A stretch of DNA of 34,271 bases from Chthoniobacteraceae bacterium. Its GTDB lineage: Bacteria; Verrucomicrobiota; Verrucomicrobiia; Chthoniobacterales; Chthoniobacteraceae. The stretch is taken from positions 1 to 34,271 of the forward strand of contig JANNXQ010000018.1 of assembly GCA_031409655.1 (NCBI GenBank), in the 5' to 3' direction. How positions within the stretch are numbered: the stretch's first letter is position 1; the number at the start of each line of letters is the position of its first letter. Under the pieces are notes generated by a model. The model ran no database searches and was not told the origin of the DNA. It saw only the letters and a program-made list of their open reading frames with translations. Positions 26,478-34,271 of the stretch are shown one piece after another. Position numbers and translations under genes: made by a program.

Positions 26478-26589
26478 GAAGAAAACGCCAAACTTCAAAC
26501 GCTAAACGTCAAACGCCAAAGGCCCGAGGCCGCACGGCTGCACTCGTTTGGTGTTTAGCGTTTAGCGTTTGAAGTTTGGCGTTTTCTTC
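26478..26589. repeat. Long inverted repeat built from AAAC-NNN heptamers; probable terminator or mobile repeat
   Basis: 43-bp arms at 26478-26520 and 26547-26589; the outer 31 bp pair perfectly, with 3 mismatches in total and a 26-nt loop. It lies 16 bp after the def stop codon. Confidence 0.85.
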
Positions 26590-26605
26590 TTTCCCGCCCG
26601 CCTCT

Positions 26606-27160
26606 TTATCCCCGCACTTCGCGCTGCAGCCGTTTCAGCTTCCCGGCGAGCCCCGCCTTCGCCGCCGAACTCATGCGGTCGATAAAAAGCACCCCATTGA
26701 GATGATCGGTCTCATGCTGGAGCGCGCGCGCCAGCAGCCCGCTGGCTTCAAAGACGATCTCCGTGCCATCGAGCCGCGTGGCGTGGCAGCGGACGCCCTC
26801 GGCACGCGTGACCTCGGCAGTCATTTCGGGAAAGCTGAGACAGCCTTCATTCGCCGTCTCTTTTTCCGCGCTCATCTTCAGCTTCGGATTGAGCAGCACC
26901 AGCGGCATGTATTCCTCGAGCTTCACGGGCTCACCTTCGATGAACATGGCGCTCGGCCGGTCGTCGATATCCGCCACGTCGATCACGGTGATTTGCAGCG
27001 GCACGCCGACCTGTTGCGCGGCGAGACCCACGCCGTGATGGGCGCGCATCGTCTCGATCATATCGGCGGCGAGCTGCTTGAGCTTGTCATCGACTTTCTT
27101 CACTTCCACGCCTTTCGCGCGGAGCACTGGGTTTCCGTATTTTACGACTTCGAGGATCAT
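26606..27160 (-). CDS. def: Peptide deformylase
   Basis: GVGLAAQQVG, EGCLSFP and QHETDHLNGVLF motifs. Confidence 0.97.
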   Translation of the reverse strand: MILEVVKYGNPVLRAKGVEVKKVDDKLKQLAADMIETMRAHHGVGLAAQQVGVPLQITVIDVADIDDRPSAMFIEGEPVKLEEYMPLVLLNPKLKMSAEKETANEGCLSFPEMTAEVTRAEGVRCHATRLDGTEIVFEASGLLARALQHETDHLNGVLFIDRMSSAAKAGLAGKLKRLQREVRG

Positions 27161-27570
27161 TTTCTGGCTTCGGTAAAGGCGGACAAATTGCCCTTCACGC
27201 CCGCTTCTTTCAAGGCGTCGAGCACCTTGATGAGGAAGCCGTAGGACACGCGCTCGTCGGCGCTCATGGCCAGCGAGAGTTTCGCGTTGCTGCCGATCAG
27301 CGCGGCCACCGACGGGGCGAGTTCCGCAAGATCGACTTTTTTCTCGCCGAGGAAAATCTCCTCGCTCTCCGAGATGGAGAGCACGGTGGGATCGGCGGAC
27401 TTTTCGCTGGCGACCGCGCTCTTCGATTCCGGCAGCTTGATGGTCACCTGCGGCTGCGCCTTCTTAAAGGTCGTGGTGACGATCACGAAGATGAGCAGGA
27501 TGACGAAAATATCGATCAGCGAAACGATAATGACCTGCGGCGTGCGGCGACGCTTCGTGTAAAACTTCAC
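27157..27570 (-). CDS. exbD: Biopolymer transport protein ExbD/TolR
   Basis: GTG start overlapping the exbB stop; SLIDIFVILLIFVIVTTTF (TM Asp), IKLPES and ADERV.YG....VLD.LK.AG. Confidence 0.88.
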   Translation of the reverse strand: MKFYTKRRRTPQVIIVSLIDIFVILLIFVIVTTTFKKAQPQVTIKLPESKSAVASEKSADPTVLSISESEEIFLGEKKVDLAELAPSVAALIGSNAKLSLAMSADERVSYGFLIKVLDALKEAGVKGNLSAFTEARK

Positions 27571-28310
27571 AGCACCTCTTTCTCCAGCGAAGGCGGCTCT
27601 GCCGGACTCGGCGTGTAGAGGGCGGAACGCTGCGGGGCGCGCGGGCCAGCCTTGCGGTCTTTCTGGTGATAACACTTCGCGAGCAGATCCGCGATCAGCG
27701 CCTCCATCTCGCACGCCATCGTTTCCACCTTCTTGGAAAAATAGCTGTAGGCGATGAGGCTGGGGATGGCGATGGCCAGGCCCACGATGGTGGTGCTCAG
27801 CGCTTCCGAGATGCCTTTCGCGATGCCATGCGGATCCTGCCCGGTGACGTCCGAGCCAAAGGCGGCGAAGGTCCCCACAAGCCCAGACACCGCGCCGAGC
27901 AGCCCGAGCAGCGGAGCAATGCCAACGATGATCTCGAGGATGAAGAGACCGCTCTCGAGCCGCACGACTTCGTGCCGCGCGCGGGTCTGCACGGCTTCAT
28001 TGTTCTCGGACTTCGGCCAACTCAGATGCTGCAGCGCCACCTGGGCGATGCGGGCGAGCGATGAAAAGTCGCTGCGCAGCACCCGCGAGAGGCGGGCAAA
28101 GGATTCATGGTCATCGCCGGGCTGGAGCGTCTCGATCTCGCGCTCAATGGCCGCAGGCATCACCACACCCCGGCGCAGCGCCAGCGAACGCACGACGATG
28201 ACCGCGCCGGACACCACCGAGCACAGCATCAGCGGGATCATGAAGATGCCGCCCTGCACGAAGAACTGCACGACGGACTGCGCGGTAGCCGCGGGATCTG
28301 GGATGGTCAC
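27567..28310 (-). CDS. exbB: MotA/TolQ/ExbB proton channel protein
   Basis: QGGIFMIPL, IAPLLGLLGAVSGL..TF and GISEALSTTIVGLAIAIP. Confidence 0.9.
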   Translation of the reverse strand: MTIPDPAATAQSVVQFFVQGGIFMIPLMLCSVVSGAVIVVRSLALRRGVVMPAAIEREIETLQPGDDHESFARLSRVLRSDFSSLARIAQVALQHLSWPKSENNEAVQTRARHEVVRLESGLFILEIIVGIAPLLGLLGAVSGLVGTFAAFGSDVTGQDPHGIAKGISEALSTTIVGLAIAIPSLIAYSYFSKKVETMACEMEALIADLLAKCYHQKDRKAGPRAPQRSALYTPSPAEPPSLEKEVL

Positions 28311-29608
28311 AAGTTGTAAAAGGTAAAGGTCAGCGAGTAGTCGAGGCGTCCGTCTTTCATCGGCGCGATCAGGTCTGGGGGCGGCGGCTCGATCTCGGCT
28401 TCGCGGATGGCCCGCTCACAGACATCGGCCAGGCTTTGATTGGAAGTATTCGAGTCGATTCGAACGCTCACAGCCTGGCCCTTTTCATTGATTGAGAAGC
28501 TCATATTCACCGAGCCCGCCGCGATCAAATCCATTTTCCCGCGAATGTAATAGTACCAACGCGACCCGATGGCATCGTTCACCTGCTTTTTGTAGCGCGC
28601 GAGCGGCGTGCTCACGGCGTCCACCGCGGCCTTTCCGCGATTCGAGATATTGCCCTCGATCCGCGTCTTCTGGAGTTGCGGCTGATAGCCGGTCCTCGGG
28701 ACTTGTGGGGCCGGAGTCGCAGCCTTGGCGAATTGCAAGGGCAGTGGAGTCGCGGCTGGCGTGGGCTGCGGGATCGGCAGGGGACGTGGGCGCTCGGGGA
28801 GGGCGACCGGCACGGGCTTGGCCTCGGTCATTTCCTTGGGCGGAGACACCATCGGCTTCGCCGTCGTGAGCGGGATCTCGTCCTCGGTCGGTTGGGTCAC
28901 TTGCCGGATCTTTTCCAGCGCCCGCTGGGCGAGGGCCATGGTTTCAGCGATCTCCGGCAGCACCGGCGGCGTCGCGGTCGCCATCTCGGGCAGGGTCTTG
29001 GTGATCACGGGCGTCTGTTTCACCGGATCGATGTTGGCCTTCGCGATGGGCTGCGGCTTGTAGAGCGTGGGCGGGAGTGGCTCCGTCGGCACGGCCGCCA
29101 TCGGCTCGGGCTTGGCCTGCTGCATTTCCACCGCCACGTTCTTGCCAAAGGTATTCTCTTGCGTGGCAAAATTTGGCTCGGGGCGATTCAGGCCATCCTG
29201 GCTCGGGAGCGGGGCGCTGCCGGTCGCGGGCATTTCGCTCGCAGCTTTCATGTTCTTGTCGGATTCGATGAGCGCGTCCTTCGCCGCTTCATTCGCCTCG
29301 GCGAGACCGCGCGAATCCAAAAACGCGCGCTGCGGATCGGCCTGCAAAGCAAGCGCCGGCGCCAACTCTTCCTTGGGCTGCGGCGGGATGACGATGAGCT
29401 CGATCTCCTCGACCTGCGGCTTGGCAGCAGACCGCATGAATTCCTTTGGCAAAAGGCCGAGGGCCAGCGCGATCAACGCGATGATCACGAGATGCAGGAC
29501 CAGCGAGGCCAGGATGGCCAGCGTCACCATGGAACGTTTCCGATCCGCCGAGGCGTCGGAAAACCACGGTGCGACAGGCGCGTTTGCTGGGTACTGGGCG
29601 GTGCTCAT
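28307..29608 (-). CDS. TonB/TolA-like energy transducer
   Basis: N-terminal TM with ASLVLH (SHLS-type motif), a long Pro/Ala/Thr-rich linker, and a C-terminal domain Y...V...I..RW....G.V...F.I...G....AI..A...PPP. Confidence 0.8.
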   Translation of the reverse strand: MSTAQYPANAPVAPWFSDASADRKRSMVTLAILASLVLHLVIIALIALALGLLPKEFMRSAAKPQVEEIELIVIPPQPKEELAPALALQADPQRAFLDSRGLAEANEAAKDALIESDKNMKAASEMPATGSAPLPSQDGLNRPEPNFATQENTFGKNVAVEMQQAKPEPMAAVPTEPLPPTLYKPQPIAKANIDPVKQTPVITKTLPEMATATPPVLPEIAETMALAQRALEKIRQVTQPTEDEIPLTTAKPMVSPPKEMTEAKPVPVALPERPRPLPIPQPTPAATPLPLQFAKAATPAPQVPRTGYQPQLQKTRIEGNISNRGKAAVDAVSTPLARYKKQVNDAIGSRWYYYIRGKMDLIAAGSVNMSFSINEKGQAVSVRIDSNTSNQSLADVCERAIREAEIEPPPPDLIAPMKDGRLDYSLTFTFYNL

Positions 29609-30315
29609 CAGAGAAGCGGCCGAATCACAGCCGATTTCATTTCGCCGACGATACTAAACTTCGAGACGCGCGCACACCATTCCACTTCCTCGCCTCGCCC
29701 TTTGCTGGCCAGGACGCGTCCATTGCGCGCCGCGAGCAGCGCGGCGAGGGGCTCGGGGTAGAGCTTCGTCACCGCCAGCGCCGCACGGGCGGAATCCGTC
29801 AGCGCGTCGCTCGCGAGCTGGGCGATGAGCAGACCGGCGGCGCACGCATCTTCCAGCGCAAACTCCGCAAACGTCCCCGCGCAAACCAGCAACACCCGCT
29901 CCGGAGCCGCCCGACGCAGCTCCTCCGCGAGTGCCCCGAGATTCAAAATCGCACCCACCAGCACTCGCTGCGCACGCTCCGCCGCGCGGAGCGCTACCGT
30001 CCCATTCGTGGTCGTGCTGATGAGCGTCCGCCCAGCGAGATCGCGATACTCAAACGGCGAATTGCCAATGTCGAAGCCGTCAATCCGCTCCCCGTGCCTT
30101 TCCCCCGCCAGCACCGCCTCTGGCATCCGCGCCCGCAGCGCCCGCGCCTCATCGATCGTGCAGACGGGATGAATCTCCCGCACCCCATGGGCCAGCGCGG
30201 TCACCATCGAGGAAGTTGCGCGCAAGATATCGAAGACCACGCAAGTGGTCGCAGAAAGGTCGCGCTCCGGGAGGAGGGCGACCTCGGCGGGATTGAGGGC
30301 GACGTCGATCGTCAT
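29608..30315 (-). CDS. comB: 2-phosphosulfolactate phosphatase family protein
   Basis: VVFDILRATSSMVTAL, LAGERHG.RIDGFDIGNSP, TTTNGT and LED..AAG. The ATG at 30315 overlaps the ogg stop. Confidence 0.9.
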   Translation of the reverse strand: MTIDVALNPAEVALLPERDLSATTCVVFDILRATSSMVTALAHGVREIHPVCTIDEARALRARMPEAVLAGERHGERIDGFDIGNSPFEYRDLAGRTLISTTTNGTVALRAAERAQRVLVGAILNLGALAEELRRAAPERVLLVCAGTFAEFALEDACAAGLLIAQLASDALTDSARAALAVTKLYPEPLAALLAARNGRVLASKGRGEEVEWCARVSKFSIVGEMKSAVIRPLL

Positions 30316-31175
30316 GATTTGCCGCGCGGCCAGGTTTTGCGGGCGTGGTGAAAGAGGTATTGCTGCGCGTAACCGCCAAAGGGGCCGAAGTGCGCCGCGG
30401 AAAAGGCGCGCAGCCGCTTGGTCGTCACCTTGCGCTTGCGGACGAAGTAGATGCTCCGGAGCACGCGCTCGATCCAGACGTCGATGGGAAAGGCGGCCAG
30501 CCGTCCGAAGCCGAAGAGCAACGCGCAATTCGCGACCTTTTCCCCCACACCCGGCAGGCGGCACAGCTCCGCGCGGGCCGCGTCGTCATTGAGGCCAGCG
30601 ACGGCGTCGAGATCGACCGCACCGGTGGCGATCATTCGCGCCGAGCTGAGGAGGTTCTTCGCGCGGAAGCCCAGGCGGCACTCGCGCAGTTCCGCTTCGG
30701 TGGCGGCGGCGAGTTCGGCGGGAGACGGATAGGTGAAAAGCTCGCGGTCGCCGAGCTGGACGCGAGTGCCAAAGCGGCGCCGGATGGCGTGCGACATCTG
30801 CGAGATGTGCGCGACCTGTTTCATGGCTGAGGTAATAAAGGTGGCGAGGCACTCCCAGGCCGGCTGGCGGACGATGCGCAGGCCGCGGCAGTAGTCGAGG
30901 GCGGTGGTCATCGCTGGGTCATCGGGGAAGGTGGCGTAGATCTCTGGCAGCGGATGATCGAGCGCGAAGTAGCGGCGCGCCTTCTCTGGATCCAGCCCCG
31001 TGACGAGAAGGGCGTCCCCGCTTTGCTCCACGAAAGCAGCCTCGCCATCGATGGTCCCGACGTATCCCTGGCCCTCTTTTTCCCAATGAAAGAGCTGCCC
31101 GCACTCCACGGTCAGGGGCAGATCGAAATGCGGCGCAAGCAAGCGCGACGCCGTGACGGCAGCGGACGCCCTCAC
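30312..31175 (-). CDS. 8-oxoguanine DNA glycosylase (OGG1-like, HhH-GPD)
   Basis: OGG N-terminal T..CGQ.F.W, GLRIVRQPAWECL..FI.S, HhH LPGVGEKVANC (catalytic Lys), FPIDVW and GYAQQYLF. Confidence 0.9.
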   Translation of the reverse strand: MRASAAVTASRLLAPHFDLPLTVECGQLFHWEKEGQGYVGTIDGEAAFVEQSGDALLVTGLDPEKARRYFALDHPLPEIYATFPDDPAMTTALDYCRGLRIVRQPAWECLATFITSAMKQVAHISQMSHAIRRRFGTRVQLGDRELFTYPSPAELAAATEAELRECRLGFRAKNLLSSARMIATGAVDLDAVAGLNDDAARAELCRLPGVGEKVANCALLFGFGRLAAFPIDVWIERVLRSIYFVRKRKVTTKRLRAFSAAHFGPFGGYAQQYLFHHARKTWPRGKS

Positions 31176-31792
31176 TGGATGAAGTAACTCAAATTCTCCA
31201 GCTCAATGGCCAGGTCCACGTTATTCACCACCACATTGTCCGGCGCGTGGAGGATGATGGGAGCGAAGTTCAGGATCGCGAGAATCCCGGCGGCAACGAG
31301 TTCATTGGAGACCTCCTGCGCGACATGGGCGGGCACGGTGAGGATGGCCATCTTCACGCTATTCGCGCGGACAAAGTCGCCGATTTTCGTCATCAGGAGC
31401 ACTTGGACGCCGAGTTCCTTGCTGCGCTTCCGGTTGGCCTCAAGGTCAAAGGCCGCGACCACCTCGAAGCCTTCCTTGGCAAAACCCGGGTATCCGAGCA
31501 GCGCCGATCCGAGATTTCCCGCACCGACCAGAATCACCGGCTGCAAACGCGTGGTGCCGAGCACATCGGTGAGCTGCGCGCTGAGGGCCGCCACATTGTA
31601 CCCCAGCCCACGCGTGCCAAACTGCCCAAAGTAGGCGAGGTCCTTGCGGAGTTGCGTGGGCTTCACCCCTGCCGCGCTTGCGAGGGCCGCGGAGGACACG
31701 GTGTCGATGTGATTTTGGCGCAGCCGGGCAAGAGCACGGTAGTAAAGTGAGAGCCGATAGACCGTTTTCCGGGGGATGACCAACTTCGACAT
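31172..31792 (-). CDS. rex: Redox-sensing transcriptional repressor Rex
   Basis: IP..TV.RL..Y.R.L, QLRKDLAYFGQFGTRGLGY, Rossmann VGAGNLGSAL and ILNFAP. Confidence 0.96.
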   Translation of the reverse strand: MSKLVIPRKTVYRLSLYYRALARLRQNHIDTVSSAALASAAGVKPTQLRKDLAYFGQFGTRGLGYNVAALSAQLTDVLGTTRLQPVILVGAGNLGSALLGYPGFAKEGFEVVAAFDLEANRKRSKELGVQVLLMTKIGDFVRANSVKMAILTVPAHVAQEVSNELVAAGILAILNFAPIILHAPDNVVVNNVDLAIELENLSYFIQ

Positions 31793-31989
31793 CTTGTGAA
31801 TTTTCGCGAGAGACTGCAATAGGGAGCGCGGTTAAATAGGGAAATTATGGGAGGATGCAAATGCGAAGTGGCCGGGGGGATGCCTGTGGGTAAAGTGGAC
31901 AATTGGTTTGCCCACCTCGGCACGCTCTGCCACTGCAAGGCGCGCTCTGGCGCCGTCCCTTCCACTTTCTTCCAAAGACCTCCAATCTC

Positions 31990-32703
31990 ATGCGCCTCAA
32001 TCGTTTCCTCGCCAGTGCCGGCCTCGGCTCCCGCCGGAGCGTGGAGGAGATCATCCAGTCGGGCCGCGTGCGGATCAATGGGCGGGTGGTCGAAGATCTC
32101 GCCACTCAGGTCGGGCCGGAGGATTCCGTGAAAGTGGGCAGCAAGGTCATCCGCACGCAGCAGACGGTCCACGCGGTCCTGAACAAGCCGCGCGGCCTGC
32201 TCTCCACCGCTGACGATGAGCGCGGGCGGCGGACCATTTTCGAGCTTCTTCCGGAGAAATGGCCGCGCGTTTTCCACGTCGGCCGGCTGGATCGCGAGAG
32301 CGAAGGTCTGATGCTGCTCACCAATGATGGCGACCTCGCCCTGCGGCTCACGCATCCGCGTTTCCACGTGGAAAAGGAATACGAGGTGGGCATCGACAAG
32401 CCGTTCGATCCCACCCATCGCGAAAAGTTGCTCAAGGGTTTTCACATCGAAGGGGGCCGGGCCAAAGCCGAACTCGTGGCCGAAATCAAACCGCACCTCA
32501 TCCGCATCATCCTGCGCCAGGGCATCAAGCGACAGATCAGGCTGATGCTTTTCGAGCTGGGTTACGAAGTGGTGCATCTGCGCCGGGTGCGCATTGGCCC
32601 CATCCGCCTCGGCCAGCTCCGCGTGGGCGAATGGCGGCTGCTGACGCCCAAGGAACTGGCGCAGATCAGCACGACGCCGGAGAAAAAGACGGCAAAGGCT
32701 TAA
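31990..32703 (+). CDS. rRNA pseudouridine synthase, RsuA/RluB family
   Basis: S4 domain [44 protein letters not shown] and G.KRQIRLM. Confidence 0.93.
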   Translation: MRLNRFLASAGLGSRRSVEEIIQSGRVRINGRVVEDLATQVGPEDSVKVGSKVIRTQQTVHAVLNKPRGLLSTADDERGRRTIFELLPEKWPRVFHVGRLDRESEGLMLLTNDGDLALRLTHPRFHVEKEYEVGIDKPFDPTHREKLLKGFHIEGGRAKAELVAEIKPHLIRIILRQGIKRQIRLMLFELGYEVVHLRRVRIGPIRLGQLRVGEWRLLTPKELAQISTTPEKKTAKA

Positions 32704-32704
32704 A

Positions 32705-33088
32705 GGCGCTCAGACCCGCCGGCCCGGAGCCGATCACGGCGATCCTTTTCCCCGTCCGCTTCTGCGGCACGAACGGCGTGATCCAGGCCTCCTCCCAACC
32801 CCGATCCACGATCGAGGCCTCGATGTTCTTGATCGTGACCGGGGGCGCATTGATACCGAGCACGCACGAACCTTCACACGGCGCGGGAAGCACGCGCCCG
32901 GTAAATTCCGGAAAGTTGTTCGTCTTGTGCAGCCGCTCGAGCGCCTTTTTCCACAGCCCGCGATCGACGAGATCGTTCCATTCCGGGATCAGATTATTGA
33001 TCGGGCAACCACTCGCCGTGCCGCTGATGAACGTCCCGTTGTGGCAAAATGGGATCCCGCAATCCATGCGCCGCGCCTGTTCCCTCAT
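32705..33088 (-). pseudogene. gltD: Fragment of glutamate synthase small subunit
   Basis: [54 protein letters not shown]...[16 protein letters not shown]. Similarity stops at the first Rossmann motif. The N-terminus and about two thirds of the protein are missing, and two canonical Cys are absent. Confidence 0.9.
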
Positions 33089-33136
33089 AATAAGTGGACA
33101 CCGAAAGAACGTGAAGAACTGGATTCCATCGCCTCA

Positions 33137-34270
33137 TCATTGAGATGCCGTAGCATTTCGGGTCGGGGTTGTTTGGGTGGCGTTTTTAGACCTTCTGGAG
33201 CGGAGCGGAGGAAGGTCTAAAAACGCAAGGCGCTCCTCCCGCTGCTCGCTTTCCAGCAGCTCTTTGCGCTTCTGCCAAAGCGCTCCCAGGAGGAACTCGA
33301 TCCGCGCCTTCATCACGAAGGGATTGGTTTCCCGCAGCGACTCTTCGATCCCCAAACGCTGGCCCTCGCTCAACCGCTCGCTGGCCAGCAGCCGTTGCGC
33401 CGGCGTCTGCGGCAGCTTCACCTGCTGGCGCTTCTGTTTGCTGCCCTCCCGACTCGAACTGATCTGCTCCATCGTCGTGCAATAGAGGTTCTTCCATCGG
33501 CTCCATAATTCCAGCAGCTCGTTGAGCGGCTCCAGCAACTCTGCATGGCCCAGACGCTCGTAGCCCAGGAGCTGCCGGACGTGGGTATAGTTCTTCTGCT
33601 CGACGTGCGCCTGGTCGTTCTTGCGATCCGGTCGCGAGCGGGTCTGATCTATTCCCCGCTCCTTCAGATACCGGTAAAGGTGGTGGTTCAAAAACTCTCC
33701 GCCTCCGTCGCTGTCGATGCCCCTGAGCTCGAAGGGCTGGGCCTTCTCGATGCTTTGGAGCCCGTCGAAGGTCGCCTGCTGGCCGCGATTCCACACGCCC
33801 CGCACTTCGCTCCACCCGCTCGCGATCTCCACGCTGGTCAGCGACCAGATGAAGCTCCCGCCCATGTCCCCGCCGCAATGCGCCACCGTATTCACCTCCG
33901 TCCAGCCGACCTCCCGCGTCGCCCAGCGCTCCGCACGGATCGCCACCAGCGCCTTGATCGCCGCGTCGCTCCGCGGCACCAGCGGCTTCTTTGGTCCGTT
34001 CACTTTCAGCGGCCCGAGCAGCCAGTCGATCGTCGCCGCGCTCACCGCCAGCACCTCCTCGCGCACCTCCGCGTCGGCCGCTTCGAGATGTCCCACCCAC
34101 AACGGCAGCATCCCCTTCATCCGCCTCCCGCAAGGCTGCTCCATCTCTCGCCAGCAATGCGTCAACACCTCCACCACCTTCCCTCCATAGCGCCGCGGCG
34201 CTCCACCGCGCCCGGAGCCCCGACCGCTCCGTCGCTGTCCGTGCAAGACCTTCAATGCATATTTGCGCTC
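33137..34270 (-). mobile_element. DDE/rve-type transposase (Rv2807/IS1604-like), 5'-partial and probably inactivated
   Basis: RKYALKVL, RRYG....L...W.....PCGRR, SAATID.LL, EVNTVAHCG, DSDGGGEFLN, SRP.RKNDQAHVEQKN and TPAQRLL. The frame is open to the window edge. Confidence 0.85.
33180..33226. repeat. Perfect 16-bp subterminal hairpin inside the transposase 3' end
   Basis: GCGTTTTTAGACCTTC (33180-33195) pairs with GAAGGTCTAAAAACGC (33211-33226); 15-nt loop TGGAGCGGAGCGGAG. Confidence 0.85.
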
Positions 34271-34271
34271 C

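Noticed and set aside
26483..26584. Heptamer repeats as a CRISPR array or microsatellite
   Set aside because: The units are 7 bp with no spacers and no cas genes nearby, and they are arranged as an inverted pair. Reported as a hairpin element instead.
28680..29120. Pro/Ala/Thr-rich stretch as a tandem repeat or separate element
   Set aside because: It is the ordinary low-complexity periplasmic linker of a TonB/TolA-like protein, and I saw no exact DNA repeat unit.
31886..31915. Imperfect inverted repeat GTGGGTAAA/TTTGCCCAC between rex and the pseudouridine synthase gene, as a riboswitch or ncRNA
   Set aside because: It is a single 9-bp imperfect stem with no recognisable RNA family features.
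33080..33107. Chromosomal dif site
   Set aside because: Only a loose XerC-like arm is present. The XerD arm (TTATGTTAAAT-like) is missing after the 6-bp spacer.
1..34271. tRNA, rRNA, prophage or CRISPR-Cas components
   Set aside because: None recognised by eye. A tRNAscan/Infernal run would be needed to exclude small RNAs formally.

Overview
A GC-rich bacterial chromosomal segment, probably from a Verrucomicrobia (Spartobacteria/Chthoniobacter-like) genome. That assignment is inferred from the LpxC-FabZ fusion, AFTLIE-type pilins and the LamG protein C-terminal tail. In order, it contains: the 3' part of a large LamG/carboxypeptidase-regulatory-repeat surface protein; a REPIN-like hairpin; two GT4 glycosyltransferases; a mini PQQ-repeat protein; obg; an apparently lower-GC block with three minor-pilin-like genes and two convergent PilN/PilO-like genes; glgA (GlgM type); a serine hydrolase; a nucleotidyltransferase plus small-protein pair; a K+-independent H+-PPase; an RluA-type synthase; an ABC ATPase and a cNMP-binding protein; lpxC-fabZ and lpxA; a stand-alone GAF protein coupled to a leaderless S8 protease, beside an anti-sigma-like mini protein and a divergent ECF sigma factor; DUF4126 and FAH-family genes; a heptamer-built hairpin; a seven-gene overlapping run (rex-ogg-comB-tonB-exbB-exbD-def); an RsuA/RluB-type synthase; a decayed gltD fragment; and a probably inactive DDE transposase running off the right edge. 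I saw no rRNA, tRNA or CRISPR array. The best candidates for an undescribed system are the GAF/S8/anti-sigma-like/ECF cluster, the NTase plus small-protein pair, the orphan minor-pilin cassette and the transposase-end/gltD junction. All family calls come from motif recognition by eye, not from database searches.
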